64,000 nt of DNA from Candidatus Latescibacterota bacterium. Lineage in GTDB: Bacteria > Latescibacterota > UBA2968. The DNA is taken from contig OZ244960.1 of the NCBI GenBank assembly GCA_965222605.1, positions 5,536,001-5,600,000 on the forward strand, given 5' to 3'. The notes beneath the pieces were generated by a model, which was not told the DNA's origin, made no database searches, and worked only from the letters and a program-made list of their open reading frames with translations. How positions within the stretch are numbered: position 1 is the stretch's first letter; each line of letters starts with the position of its first letter. Below, piece after piece: positions 10,487 to 20,129 of the stretch. A program made the translations under genes and the position numbers.

Positions 10487-11848
10487 TCATTGTAAATTGC
10501 AGATGCTTCTTCTGCGAAATGCGTGGGGATTTACCATTTCATATCCCCATCGATCCAACAATTCACGCCCAGTCGCAAACTTGTCGTTCTGTTCCTCCAA
10601 AAGATCTGAAAGCACCCCTTCCAGATGCGTTTGAACGGCACGCATTTCTGATCGGTTGCACAGATTTTCCAACTGATAGGGATCTTCCTCATTGTCATAC
10701 AGCAACCAGGGCCCCTCCAGGTCACGTACATAAGTATAACGACTGGTTCGAATGCCCCGATATTCCCTGCCGCCATTGTTATAAGCGTAATTGGCAAACG
10801 GAACGTAGCACCCAAAGAGTGAAGCCTCAGAAGGCGCTTCGGCTTTGCCGAGAATGTGTTTGGCAAAACTCATCCCTTCGACCCCATCGGGTACAGGCGC
10901 GCCGACCAGGTCCAGCAATGTAGGCATGATATCCGGTATGCCAAAAGGCACTTCGATTTGGCGACCGATGCCATCTGGTAAATGCAGGAGAAATGGTACA
11001 AGGATAGATTCATCCCAGGGCCGTATTTTCCGATCATGACCTTGCGACCCATTCATTTCACCATGATCAGAAGTAAACACCAGGATCGTATCGTCGGCCA
11101 TTCTTAGTCTATCAATTGCCTCTTCGATCTGTCCAACGCAGTCATCAAGTGCCGTAATATGCGCATAATAACCCGACATATCCCGCCGAGCAGTAGCCTC
11201 ACAGTCAGCAGGCACATTTTCTCTCAATACGATACTGTCCTCCTCGTAAAGTGCTTTGTATTCTTCCGGCACCATGTGAAAAGGTGTATGAGGCGGGCCA
11301 TAGGAAACAAAAAGGAAAAATGGATCGTCTTCATTCTGTCTGCTTTCCAGATACGCAATGGCACAATCAGTCTGTGCAAACGCGTCGTATCCCTCCCACT
11401 TTTTCATTTCGCCAGAATCGTCATAATAGGGCGAATCGTAGTAATTGTGGGAACATTCGTGCGCTCTCCAGAAATCAAACCCCAACCGTCGTTCAGGTGG
11501 GATGTAATTGTGCTCGTGGCTATCCCCGTCCAAATGCCACTTGCCAATGTACGCCGTATCATAACCATGTGAAGTTAGAGCCTCAGCCAATGTGGTCGCA
11601 TTGGGCTCAAGCCAAATCTGGTTTATAAAAATCCCATGCGTCAAAGGATATTGCCCGGTCAAAAGACAGGCGCGAGCAGGACAGCAAACCGGGCAAGTTG
11701 ACACAGCCGTATCAAATCGGATACTCTTTTCAGCCAATGAATCGAGGTGTGGCGTTTGCACATTGGGGTCACCGGCATACCCGGTCGCCTGTGCTCGCCA
11801 CTGATCGGTCAATATGAATACAATATTGGGCTGCTTTGTACTGGCCAC
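10487..11848 (-). CDS. Formylglycine-dependent sulfatase
   Basis: PNIVFILTDQ, CCPARACLLTG (CxPxR), GKWHL, SDHG; GTG start after AAGGAGG. Confidence 0.95.
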   Translation of the reverse strand: MASTKQPNIVFILTDQWRAQATGYAGDPNVQTPHLDSLAEKSIRFDTAVSTCPVCCPARACLLTGQYPLTHGIFINQIWLEPNATTLAEALTSHGYDTAYIGKWHLDGDSHEHNYIPPERRLGFDFWRAHECSHNYYDSPYYDDSGEMKKWEGYDAFAQTDCAIAYLESRQNEDDPFFLFVSYGPPHTPFHMVPEEYKALYEEDSIVLRENVPADCEATARRDMSGYYAHITALDDCVGQIEEAIDRLRMADDTILVFTSDHGEMNGSQGHDRKIRPWDESILVPFLLHLPDGIGRQIEVPFGIPDIMPTLLDLVGAPVPDGVEGMSFAKHILGKAEAPSEASLFGCYVPFANYAYNNGGREYRGIRTSRYTYVRDLEGPWLLYDNEEDPYQLENLCNRSEMRAVQTHLEGVLSDLLEEQNDKFATGRELLDRWGYEMVNPHAFRRRSICNLQ

Positions 11849-11858
11849 AAAGACCTCC

Positions 11859-12008
11859 TTAATGCGGCGGCAGGTGGTCTTCCGGTGCGCTGTCGATGTA
11901 GCGCCTGGCGGCCTCCGAAGCCGCATCCAGTTCCTCCGGAGTCAGGACGTTCTTCAGGTGCAGGAAACCGCATAGATCAAAAAGATAGCGTTGTTCTTCG
12001 GTCATCAT
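11859..12008 (-). pseudogene. Collapsed PhyH-family gene (head plus short tail, 49 aa)
   Basis: MMTEEQRYLFDLCGFLHLKNVLTPEEL...LPPH*; the head resembles the PhyH at 5170-6096 but the catalytic core is missing. Confidence 0.75.
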
Positions 12009-12010
12009 CG

Positions 12011-12085
12011 TCAGCCTTGCCTTTCGTCAGAACAGTGAATTTGGACACCCTTAGAATCAAAGAAGCTGTTTTCCGTTGTTGTCAT
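12011..12085 (-). pseudogene. 5' stub of an alpha/beta hydrolase-like gene
   Basis: MTTTENSFFDSKGVQIH then stop. Confidence 0.5.
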
Positions 12086-12277
12086 AGTCCCACCGCGAAC
12101 ACTCACGCACCATCGGCAGTGGGCGAGATGTAAAATCATCTTTGAACAGTTTCTAAACTTTGTTAAGTTTTTGTTATGATCTTGCCCAGTTCCCAACCTT
12201 ATTGAGGCTTAAGTCTATGAAACCCGTGGCGCGTTTGTCGTTTTGCATACCTGCAGATCAGCGAGTAGATTTCCAGG

Positions 12278-13333
12278 ATGCCTTCCATGGCTGATCCCGA
12301 AATCCTGATGCTGGGCGGTCCCGAGCGCGATCTCTATCTGGCCCCGGCCGATCTGGAGCGCCTGGATAGCTTTGCGAATTGGACGTGGCTCCCCTGTGAA
12401 GCGGGCCAGGTCCAGCCCGGTCACCAGGCCGAATTGTCGCGACGGCTGGCGTCTGTCCAGGCCCTGGTCGTCTATTCGGGGGCGCCCCACATCGGCCCCG
12501 AACTCATGGAACAGGCCCCCGAGCTACGCCTCATCGGCGAATTGAACGGCGATCGTTTCGCCGAGCGCATCGACGTGGAGGCGGCCTGGCAACGGGATAT
12601 CCGCGTTGTCGACACCACCAATGGCTCGTCCTACCCTGTCTCTGAGTGGGCCCTGGGCCTTATTCTCGTATCGTTGCGCAACGCCGGTTATTATCTGCGC
12701 CGCTACATGGAGGGAAATTGCCGCAAAACCCGCGACAACCCCAGCTTCCTGCGCGGCGAACTCACCGGCAAGACCGTGGGACTGATCGGCTGCGGCCATG
12801 CCGGCCGGCGCCTAATAGAATTGCTGCGCCCTTTCCGGGTCGATATCCAGGTTTACGACCCCTACTTGCCTGGAACCATGGCCGAAGCTCTGGGCTTTCT
12901 CCTGACCTCACTCGAACAGGTCCTGTCGAGCTCCGATGCGATTGTCTGTCTGGCCCCGCAGACCCCCGGGACCCAGGGCATGATCGGTCGGGCCGAACTG
13001 GATCTGATCCCCTCGGGGACTGTACTGGTCAACGTCTCCCGCGGTCCCATCATCGATTCGGTCGCCCTGGTCGAACGCCTCAAGCGCGGCGATATTATCG
13101 CCGGCCTCGATGTTTTCGATCCCGACCCTATCCCCGACGGCCACGAAATAACCGGGCTGGACAATGTATTTCTTACGCCCCATATCGCCGGCGTCACCCG
13201 GGCCGCCTACTGGCGCTTTTTCGAGCTGATGGTGGACGAGCTGGACCGCTTTTTCCACGGCTTTGAGCCCTATTTCGAATTGACCCAGCGCACCCTGGAC
13301 GACCGCAGCGGCCGTCGCCCCGCCACTCATTAG
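12278..13333 (+). CDS. D-isomer-specific 2-hydroxyacid dehydrogenase
   Basis: GLIGCGHAG, VNVSRG, LDVFDPDP, LTPHIAG. Confidence 0.92.
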   Translation: MPSMADPEILMLGGPERDLYLAPADLERLDSFANWTWLPCEAGQVQPGHQAELSRRLASVQALVVYSGAPHIGPELMEQAPELRLIGELNGDRFAERIDVEAAWQRDIRVVDTTNGSSYPVSEWALGLILVSLRNAGYYLRRYMEGNCRKTRDNPSFLRGELTGKTVGLIGCGHAGRRLIELLRPFRVDIQVYDPYLPGTMAEALGFLLTSLEQVLSSSDAIVCLAPQTPGTQGMIGRAELDLIPSGTVLVNVSRGPIIDSVALVERLKRGDIIAGLDVFDPDPIPDGHEITGLDNVFLTPHIAGVTRAAYWRFFELMVDELDRFFHGFEPYFELTQRTLDDRSGRRPATH

Positions 13334-13454
13334 CTGGAAAAACGATGTGGTCGAGAAGGACAAATATTTCAAGATACCAAAACCGGATCAGTATGCACGG
13401 AACGTTGCCCAAAATACCATGGGTCAATCATAGAATCGGACCCTTTAAAACATT

Positions 13455-14951
13455 TCACTTCGTATCATTCGTTGACAACGAAACCATCTGCATTGCATAC
13501 AATCCCACGTTGCGCAGGTAAAAGCGGATCTGCACGGACGTGCCTCGCAGCGGGGCCAGGTTCTTCCCCTGCCACGTCAGGTTGTAATCCAGTAGATCGT
13601 GAGGCTCGGCATCACAATCGGCGAACGAATACCCTTCCACGACCTCCGGCGGCCCCCACCTACGCTCCGGCACACGAATCACCTCAGCGGCAAACCGGGC
13701 GAAGTGGGTATGGTGTATCATTGGCGCCACGTTCACTTGCAAATCGTCTCCTTCCACCAGGAACTCCCGGGTTAGCAGATACCCGCCTTCCTCCCCACCA
13801 ACCTGGGCCACAAACCGATCACGGTGCACCATGGCCAGGCCAATGCTCGACAGCGTCTCCTGGTCGTGCTGCGAGCTCTGACTACCCGAGTAATACAGAT
13901 AATACCAGTCATCTACTGGCACAATATTCTTGGGTGCCAGGGCCTCTCCAAAGTCGAAATCTCCTTCCCGCCCCCGGGCCAGATAGGGTTCAGCCCCGGG
14001 CAGACGCTGCCAGTACAAACCATCCCGACTGAAGCCCAGATGTGTATCGGTCCGGCCTTCCCCATCCATCATCACCTTGAATCCGATAAAATGCGCCCCG
14101 ACCTTGTTCACCAGGTTCTGGTCAATCTTCTCGTTTTCATCCTCTTCCGTCCAGATTACGTTGCGCGGATACCCGAAACTGTGTGGTGTCTCCCCGATCG
14201 ATACCGCTGTCCGGCTTTTCATTCCGTAGGCTTCATCTGCCTCGGTCATCTTGTGCTGTCCGGCATAACTCATTGGCCGCGTGAACAACAGCCAGCGTTC
14301 TCGTTCATCGTCGTAAACCAGATTGTGGTTTGTATCTCGCAGTCCCATCATCACCGGGTTGGCCGGATCGGGACGCCAATGGATGCCATCGTCAGAATAC
14401 GCCAGACAAAGCGCACCGGGTGCGCCGGGTAAATTATCTTTATAATTTAACAGGAAACGCCCCGGCTGGCCTGTCGAGGGTGGGTTCGGAATCACTCGAA
14501 AAGCCTGGCACTTCTGCCTCCCGACCATGCCCACGTTTGTTTGCTTCCAGCCGCGGTAATCGATCAGTCCCAGCTCTGGTTTTTTCCAGTTGATGCCATC
14601 GGGGCTCTCGGCATAGCACATAAAGTAGGGATAGCCGTGATCGGGCGTCCAGTCCTTCTTGCGAAACTGGCGTACAAATGCAAACCAGTCGAAAACCGCA
14701 TACCACATCCGAAAGATCCCGGCCTCGGCGTCGAACAACACGCTGGGCAGAAACGGTCTGCTGTCCCAGGGTTTATCCCCTACCACCAGTGGATTGGCTG
14801 GATGCTTCACTGGCCTGTTCATAACCCGTCGAATATTCCACCTGTCCTCCACCATGAAATCATCGATTAACAACACCCGTCGCGTGTCGATACGCAGCGG
14901 CTCGCCCCCTACATAGCGGTCTCGTTCCCCGGGAAGTACACTGTGTGTCAT
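13455..14951 (-). CDS. Beta-propeller glycoside hydrolase-like protein (GH32/GH130-like)
   Basis: KHPANPL, YAESPDGINW.KP.LG, YSDDGIHW, SRDGLYW repeats. Confidence 0.7.
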   Translation of the reverse strand: MTHSVLPGERDRYVGGEPLRIDTRRVLLIDDFMVEDRWNIRRVMNRPVKHPANPLVVGDKPWDSRPFLPSVLFDAEAGIFRMWYAVFDWFAFVRQFRKKDWTPDHGYPYFMCYAESPDGINWKKPELGLIDYRGWKQTNVGMVGRQKCQAFRVIPNPPSTGQPGRFLLNYKDNLPGAPGALCLAYSDDGIHWRPDPANPVMMGLRDTNHNLVYDDERERWLLFTRPMSYAGQHKMTEADEAYGMKSRTAVSIGETPHSFGYPRNVIWTEEDENEKIDQNLVNKVGAHFIGFKVMMDGEGRTDTHLGFSRDGLYWQRLPGAEPYLARGREGDFDFGEALAPKNIVPVDDWYYLYYSGSQSSQHDQETLSSIGLAMVHRDRFVAQVGGEEGGYLLTREFLVEGDDLQVNVAPMIHHTHFARFAAEVIRVPERRWGPPEVVEGYSFADCDAEPHDLLDYNLTWQGKNLAPLRGTSVQIRFYLRNVGLYAMQMVSLSTNDTK

Positions 14952-15000
14952 ACGCTCCCTCCAGAATAACATAAGGTCTTCATTAGGCGATTTTTATGTC

Positions 15001-16008
15001 TTAAGTCTCTTTGGGTGAAAGCAGAAAATGGTCAAACCATGCGACCATCTGCTCGAAGTACTCAACGAGAAAGCGATGATTGCCGTCGGGTTGATAGACT
15101 TTGAAACGATCATCGTGCCCTGTTGATGCATAGGCTTTTTGTACAACGGGTATAAGGGCATCGACAGCTTGACGCGGCATGTCTTCGTCTCGAGTGGGCG
15201 AGATCATCATAAAAGGTCGCGGGGGCATGCAGGTGGCTACGACGCGCGGATGATCAAAATGACACAGGAAGTTAGGGATGTAGTAATAAGCACTGTGTCG
15301 TTCGTTGTCGCCATGGTGAATGACGCTGGCCAGACTGCCAAGGCCACCACAGACAGTTACGCCTGCCGCGATCCAGGGTGCACACGCCATTGAATACCAG
15401 GTTGCGTTGCCGCCAAGCGACATGCCTGTCAGGCCAATGCGGCTTTTGTCAACGCCATTTATCGCGCAAAGAATTCGAGCGGCTCTGAGTGTTTCTTCGA
15501 CAAGAATGCCCATCTGGCTTCGTCCATACGGAGCCAGGAGCTTGCACTCGGTTGCCCATTCTTCAACGCTGCGGCGCCGTCCTTCTGTGCCTTTGATCGA
15601 GATGGCCAGTGTCGTGAACCCTCTTCGCGCAAGTTCACGTCCCCAGCCAATCAATGGACCATCGGGAGATTGATGGAATTGTGGATGAGCGACCCGTTCT
15701 GCAGAACCGGACGTGCCAGAAATGCATACGATTCCCGGTCGTAATTTTCCAGTATGTCTAAGCGGTTCCATGAGGATGGCAGGAACGGTTTCGTGCAGTG
15801 AGTTCTGGTAGCTCAGATGGGTGACACGAACGTCTTCGGTTTCGTGCGTTTCTGAGGTTGTGAAATCTACGTTGTCTGGGACTGTAGCCAGCCCCAGAAG
15901 ATCTATGAGCTTTGCACGGATATCTGAGTCGGCAAGGTCAGATGCGAATGCTGGCTGGATGTCAGGTGGTATGATAGGTGACATATCAAGAAACCTTCTC
16001 TCGGCCAT
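15001..16008 (-). CDS. Alpha/beta hydrolase (dienelactone hydrolase or esterase-like)
   Basis: RIGLTGMSLGG nucleophile elbow; C-terminal GNHRF. Confidence 0.8.
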   Translation of the reverse strand: MAERRFLDMSPIIPPDIQPAFASDLADSDIRAKLIDLLGLATVPDNVDFTTSETHETEDVRVTHLSYQNSLHETVPAILMEPLRHTGKLRPGIVCISGTSGSAERVAHPQFHQSPDGPLIGWGRELARRGFTTLAISIKGTEGRRRSVEEWATECKLLAPYGRSQMGILVEETLRAARILCAINGVDKSRIGLTGMSLGGNATWYSMACAPWIAAGVTVCGGLGSLASVIHHGDNERHSAYYYIPNFLCHFDHPRVVATCMPPRPFMMISPTRDEDMPRQAVDALIPVVQKAYASTGHDDRFKVYQPDGNHRFLVEYFEQMVAWFDHFLLSPKET

Positions 16009-16176
16009 CTACCGGTCAATACTTTCGGCAACGACACAGGAGATCGTAACTGTTTTGTACCCGCGGCTGATATTCGTATGACCGATCGCGATTGCATCAA
16101 TCTGCGATATTTCGAACAACCATTCCCGCACACTCCGCGAAACCTTTGGTTCATTGGTGCCCGGTACATTTGCGGG

Positions 16177-17250
16177 CTACTCAAACCAATGAGGGGGTTG
16201 AGGGCGCTTCGTGCGAATCGAATCCAATGCTGCCTCACAGATAGAAACAATGCGTGCACCCCATCGAGCCGGGATCGGATTACTGATTTTGCCGTCAAGC
16301 AGATTCAGATAATCGACCACAGAGCGTCCCCAGCCGTGTCCTCCAATCACTTCATGAGCAGATGATTCTTCAATTGGAACTGGCTCATGGCCGCGGCGGA
16401 AGAGTTGACCTTTCCACAACGTACCCTCGGTGCCATATACGGCCAAAAAACCACCGCCCATTCCCTCGCCCATGCCATGTCCGGAGCAGCCGCTTGACAC
16501 AAAGACTTTGCCTGTGACGCCATTTTCAAATTGAAGGATCACAATGTAACAGTCATCATCTGGAAACACCGGGATGCTGAGCTTATTGCTATAGGCATAG
16601 ACCTCCGTAACCGGGGATTCAACCGTCCACAAAATCAGATCAAGAGGGTGGCAACCGCCGCCCAACAGAATATTCTGGGGATTTTGCCGATCAATGCGCC
16701 AGGGCGTGTGGTTTTTACCCTCGGGTGAATAATGACTCCACATGTCATGGATGTAATCGCCTTGGAGAAAGAAAACATCGCCAATCTCGCCGGATTGGGC
16801 CATCAGTGCCATTTCGTGCCAGGGATGCAGGTAGCGCATGGTTTGGTCGGTCATGACGTGCCGGCCATTCTCTGCCTCCGCGTCGAGGATGCGTTGGGCA
16901 TCTGCCACTGTGGTAGCAAGCGGTTTTTCCACCAGGACGTGGCAGCCCTGCTCCAATGCCATGACAGTCTGGTCGGCGTGCAAGTGATCCGGTCCTGCCA
17001 CGACTACAACATCGGGCTGCGTTTCTCGCAAGAGTCGAGCGTACTCGTGGCTAGTCGAGGCTTCCGGATATTGCTCTCGCATAATGTCCAACTGTGCCTG
17101 CTGTGGATCGACAATCCCCACAATTTCTCCACGTCCATCGGCGGCGGCTACCTGGGCCACGTTACGGCCAGCGCTTCCACAGCCGCTAATCAAGAATTTG
17201 TAACGCTTCATGGCAAATACCTCAAATTTTTCTGAAACCCGAACGTTCAC
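16177..17250 (-). CDS. Gfo/Idh/MocA oxidoreductase
   Basis: GCGSAG, HVLVEKP, GGCHPLD. Confidence 0.9.
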   Translation of the reverse strand: MNVRVSEKFEVFAMKRYKFLISGCGSAGRNVAQVAAADGRGEIVGIVDPQQAQLDIMREQYPEASTSHEYARLLRETQPDVVVVAGPDHLHADQTVMALEQGCHVLVEKPLATTVADAQRILDAEAENGRHVMTDQTMRYLHPWHEMALMAQSGEIGDVFFLQGDYIHDMWSHYSPEGKNHTPWRIDRQNPQNILLGGGCHPLDLILWTVESPVTEVYAYSNKLSIPVFPDDDCYIVILQFENGVTGKVFVSSGCSGHGMGEGMGGGFLAVYGTEGTLWKGQLFRRGHEPVPIEESSAHEVIGGHGWGRSVVDYLNLLDGKISNPIPARWGARIVSICEAALDSIRTKRPQPPHWFE

Positions 17251-18035
17251 TACCTTCTTTTTTTACTAATTTCAGCGATGGTGTCGCCGGTTATTTTGAC
17301 GGTGTGGGTATCTACTCGCTCAACGTCCTCACGGGCAGCTCTGGCCTCGGCACTATCAGCGGACTGATATTCGGTCGCAAAAATATACGGGGATGGGATT
17401 GTATAAGGTGCGATTTCCCTGATCCGCCCCATGGCCTTGCGAGCGCCTTCTCGAATCAGATCCCGAGCTTTAGTGGGGGAGTAAGTAAGAGCAGCCGTGC
17501 GGCTGAGCCCCTCTTTCACGACAACGCCTTCGATGTCGGGAACATAACGTCGGGCCTCATCTACAGCAGCCCGATCCCCGCTGACGAAAACCGTGGGCAC
17601 GCCAATCTCACCGGCATGAGCTATGTTGAAACCAATTTCGCCGATCAGTTCATCGTTCAACCAGCAGTTGGCAATGCTTCGGGAACTCCAGCTATGACAC
17701 AGCACACCCTCAGGTGTGTTTTCCATCGCGTGATGACCATACAAAAACTGCGCCTCAAATGTCAATCCCATCTCCCATGCAGAGCCCCTGGGGCGGCCGA
17801 ATATCACCCGGGCTTCACGGTGGATGTGTTCGATATTGATTCCACCACTGCCGTGTCCGTCCAGCACGATAGGATCTGTGGCGCCTCCTTCTATAGCACC
17901 GTCTATAAGAGCGTTGATCTCCAGAGTGGCCAGATATTTGGCCTGTTCGTTGTCGCGACCCCCGTCGTAAGTCTGAGTTTTGAAATCTACGACGCCAGCA
18001 GTGCCTTCCAAATCGCACAAGATAAGAATTCTCAT
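17250..18035 (-). CDS. M55 family metallopeptidase (DppA-like D-aminopeptidase)
   Basis: DLEG, DGHG, GHHA, LCHS, VSGD. Confidence 0.9.
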   Translation of the reverse strand: MRILILCDLEGTAGVVDFKTQTYDGGRDNEQAKYLATLEINALIDGAIEGGATDPIVLDGHGSGGINIEHIHREARVIFGRPRGSAWEMGLTFEAQFLYGHHAMENTPEGVLCHSWSSRSIANCWLNDELIGEIGFNIAHAGEIGVPTVFVSGDRAAVDEARRYVPDIEGVVVKEGLSRTAALTYSPTKARDLIREGARKAMGRIREIAPYTIPSPYIFATEYQSADSAEARAAREDVERVDTHTVKITGDTIAEISKKRR

Positions 18036-18096
18036 GGAAACTCTCCTGATGAAATTGATGGGAGATGTTTCACGTTAAGGGGTACAATGGCGGTGT

Positions 18097-19200
18097 TCAT
18101 TCGCAGTACGGCACAGCCACGCGCTCCCCATTGCACATGGCCGATTCGTGTGCGCAGACGCCCGCAGCAGTCCAATTCGCTGCTGTGAGAACGTCCACAG
18201 TCGGAGGACGATGCTCGACGATGCTTCGGACGAACTCGTGGGCCATAGGGATCCCGGTTTGGCGTCGGATCCGGCTGGTGCGCACAACTTCCGCAATTGC
18301 ATCGGGCACCAGGTCAGCCATTGGGGGTAGGTCCATCCTCTCGATGGATACCGTGCGGCCCCGCTGACCATCAGGGAGGACACCGGCTTCCGCTTCGAAC
18401 ACCACGGGATCCTCGCCCGCAATCTGGGGCGACTCGAAACTCAGGCGGCTACCGTAGAGGTAGAAACGGTCGCTCAGGAAGCTTCGCGCAAACCGGTGGA
18501 AAGACGCTGTTATCTCACAGATCGCATCCAACCCTGTGAGTTCGAAGACTGCACTCTCCGTGGTATACGGGCTTCCGTACTGCCGTTCTTCTTCGGGGAG
18601 CGTTCCTGAGCCCCTGCACTGGACACCCGCCACTGTGCAGCCTGTCACATGAAGCAGGGGCCCAAGTCCGTGATAGCAGTAGTACATTGGCGGCAGGCCG
18701 CGCCAGTAGTCGGGCCAGCCTTCCATGTTCTGATAATGAACACCACGCATTAGTTGTAGGTCCCCAAACGCTCCGTCCCGGTACAGTCGCCGGACGTACA
18801 GACAGGCAGCAGAGGCGATTTCGGTCTCCATCAACATGTACGTCTGCCCGGTCTCCGTCTTGGTGGCGACCACACGGTCCACGTCTTCCAGACTGAGTGC
18901 CATGGGAATGGCACATGCGCAGTGTTTGCCCGATTTCATCACGGCGATTGACTGTTCCACGTGCAGCGGAATCGGTGTTACCAGATGCACTGCATCGTAT
19001 TCATCTGATGCCAGCACTGAAGCCAGGTCGCCGTGTCTCCGCTTGATTCCGAGTTTATTGCCGACGGTGTTCAGCAGCGTTTCATCCGGTTCGCAGATAC
19101 CGACGTGTGCCACATCCGGAAGAGCCGCGTATGCGGCCGCCCAGGTTTGTCCGAAGTTTCCGAGTCCCACAACGGCGATACGGATCTTTCCAGCAGTCAT
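18097..19200 (-). CDS. Gfo/Idh/MocA oxidoreductase
   Basis: IAVVGLGNFG, GKHCAC..PMA, WRGLPPMYY, AANWTA.G.CAH.SA. Confidence 0.88.
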   Translation of the reverse strand: MTAGKIRIAVVGLGNFGQTWAAAYAALPDVAHVGICEPDETLLNTVGNKLGIKRRHGDLASVLASDEYDAVHLVTPIPLHVEQSIAVMKSGKHCACAIPMALSLEDVDRVVATKTETGQTYMLMETEIASAACLYVRRLYRDGAFGDLQLMRGVHYQNMEGWPDYWRGLPPMYYCYHGLGPLLHVTGCTVAGVQCRGSGTLPEEERQYGSPYTTESAVFELTGLDAICEITASFHRFARSFLSDRFYLYGSRLSFESPQIAGEDPVVFEAEAGVLPDGQRGRTVSIERMDLPPMADLVPDAIAEVVRTSRIRRQTGIPMAHEFVRSIVEHRPPTVDVLTAANWTAAGVCAHESAMCNGERVAVPYCE

Positions 19201-19234
19201 CTTTTCATCTCCATTGATAATACCAAAGATCTAC

Positions 19235-19289
19235 CGGTCAATATGAATACAATATTGGGCTGCTTTGTACTGGTCACAAAGACCTCCTT
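19235..19289 (-). repeat. 55-bp copy of the RBS and 5' end of the sulfatase (11806-11860)
   Basis: cggtcaatatgaatacaatattgggctgctttgtactgg(c/t)cacaaagacctcctt, one mismatch. Confidence 0.92.
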
Positions 19290-19378
19290 TAATCACCTCG
19301 GGTACTCGCGGCCTGTGCAATCGGGCAGCGGACGTTGCGAAGCGATTCTTCTTTACTTTCGACCATAAAACCATGCCG

Positions 19379-19891
19379 TTATGTAGGCTTCTGGTTCTCC
19401 TTTGAGTACTGCCAGAGAGCTTGATCCAGCGTTCGCATATCGAGCCCAGATTGATGGGCAATGCTACGACAACAATTGACGTAGGACTGCCAGAAATCGA
19501 AATTATAGTTGGACGGTTTATCGACCAAAAGCGTCCACAGAGCTCGAAAATCGATGATCGGATATGGATCTTGATGAAAAAAATGAAGGATCACTGAAGC
19601 CATCGGCCACTGGACCCCATCGAGGAGAGTCAGTATCTCAATCCGTGTTCTCTCATTTTCGGCCCCAAGCGCGATCGCCGTAATTTCTCGCACAAATTCT
19701 TCGGAATTTCGCGCTATTAAGTGGTCAACACGGTGCGATTTCCATCGTGCTACTGAACGAAGCTCATCCTTCGTGAGATATCCGCGATCTCGAATCCCTT
19801 CTTTAAGACCAGAGAGATCTATCTCGTCGGACTCGTATCTCTGAGCTAGCGGCTTCAGGTCAACTATTTTGCAGCGCAATCTGGGCTTCAT
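19379..19891 (-). CDS. Hypothetical protein, possibly HhH/DNA-glycosylase-like; cassette-like
   Basis: L.GV.WPMASVILHF...YPIIDFRAL...RTLDQALW; the stop codon lies in an ACATAAC R''-like box. Confidence 0.6.
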   Translation of the reverse strand: MKPRLRCKIVDLKPLAQRYESDEIDLSGLKEGIRDRGYLTKDELRSVARWKSHRVDHLIARNSEEFVREITAIALGAENERTRIEILTLLDGVQWPMASVILHFFHQDPYPIIDFRALWTLLVDKPSNYNFDFWQSYVNCCRSIAHQSGLDMRTLDQALWQYSKENQKPT

Positions 19892-20053
19892 TCGAACTCT
19901 TTGTATAATTATTGCCTATACCGGAAAATCTCGGAATATCCGAAGCACGCTGTCCTTGCGCGACGCAGAACAGCGCGACGGACAGCATCACTGATGCAGC
20001 AAGTTGTGAGGATAGAGACATAAGCCTGCATCCGACAGAGAAGACTTTTTTCT

Positions 20054-20112
20054 TCTTTTTTTACTAATTTCAGCGATGGTATCGCCAGTTATTTTGATGA
20101 TATGGGTATCTC
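20054..20112 (-). repeat. Diverged copy of the 3' end of the M55 gene (17253-17312)
   Basis: ttttactaatttcagcgatggt.tcgcc.gttattttga....tgggtatct shared. Confidence 0.85.
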
Positions 20113-20129
20113 CTCCCACGATGTATCAC

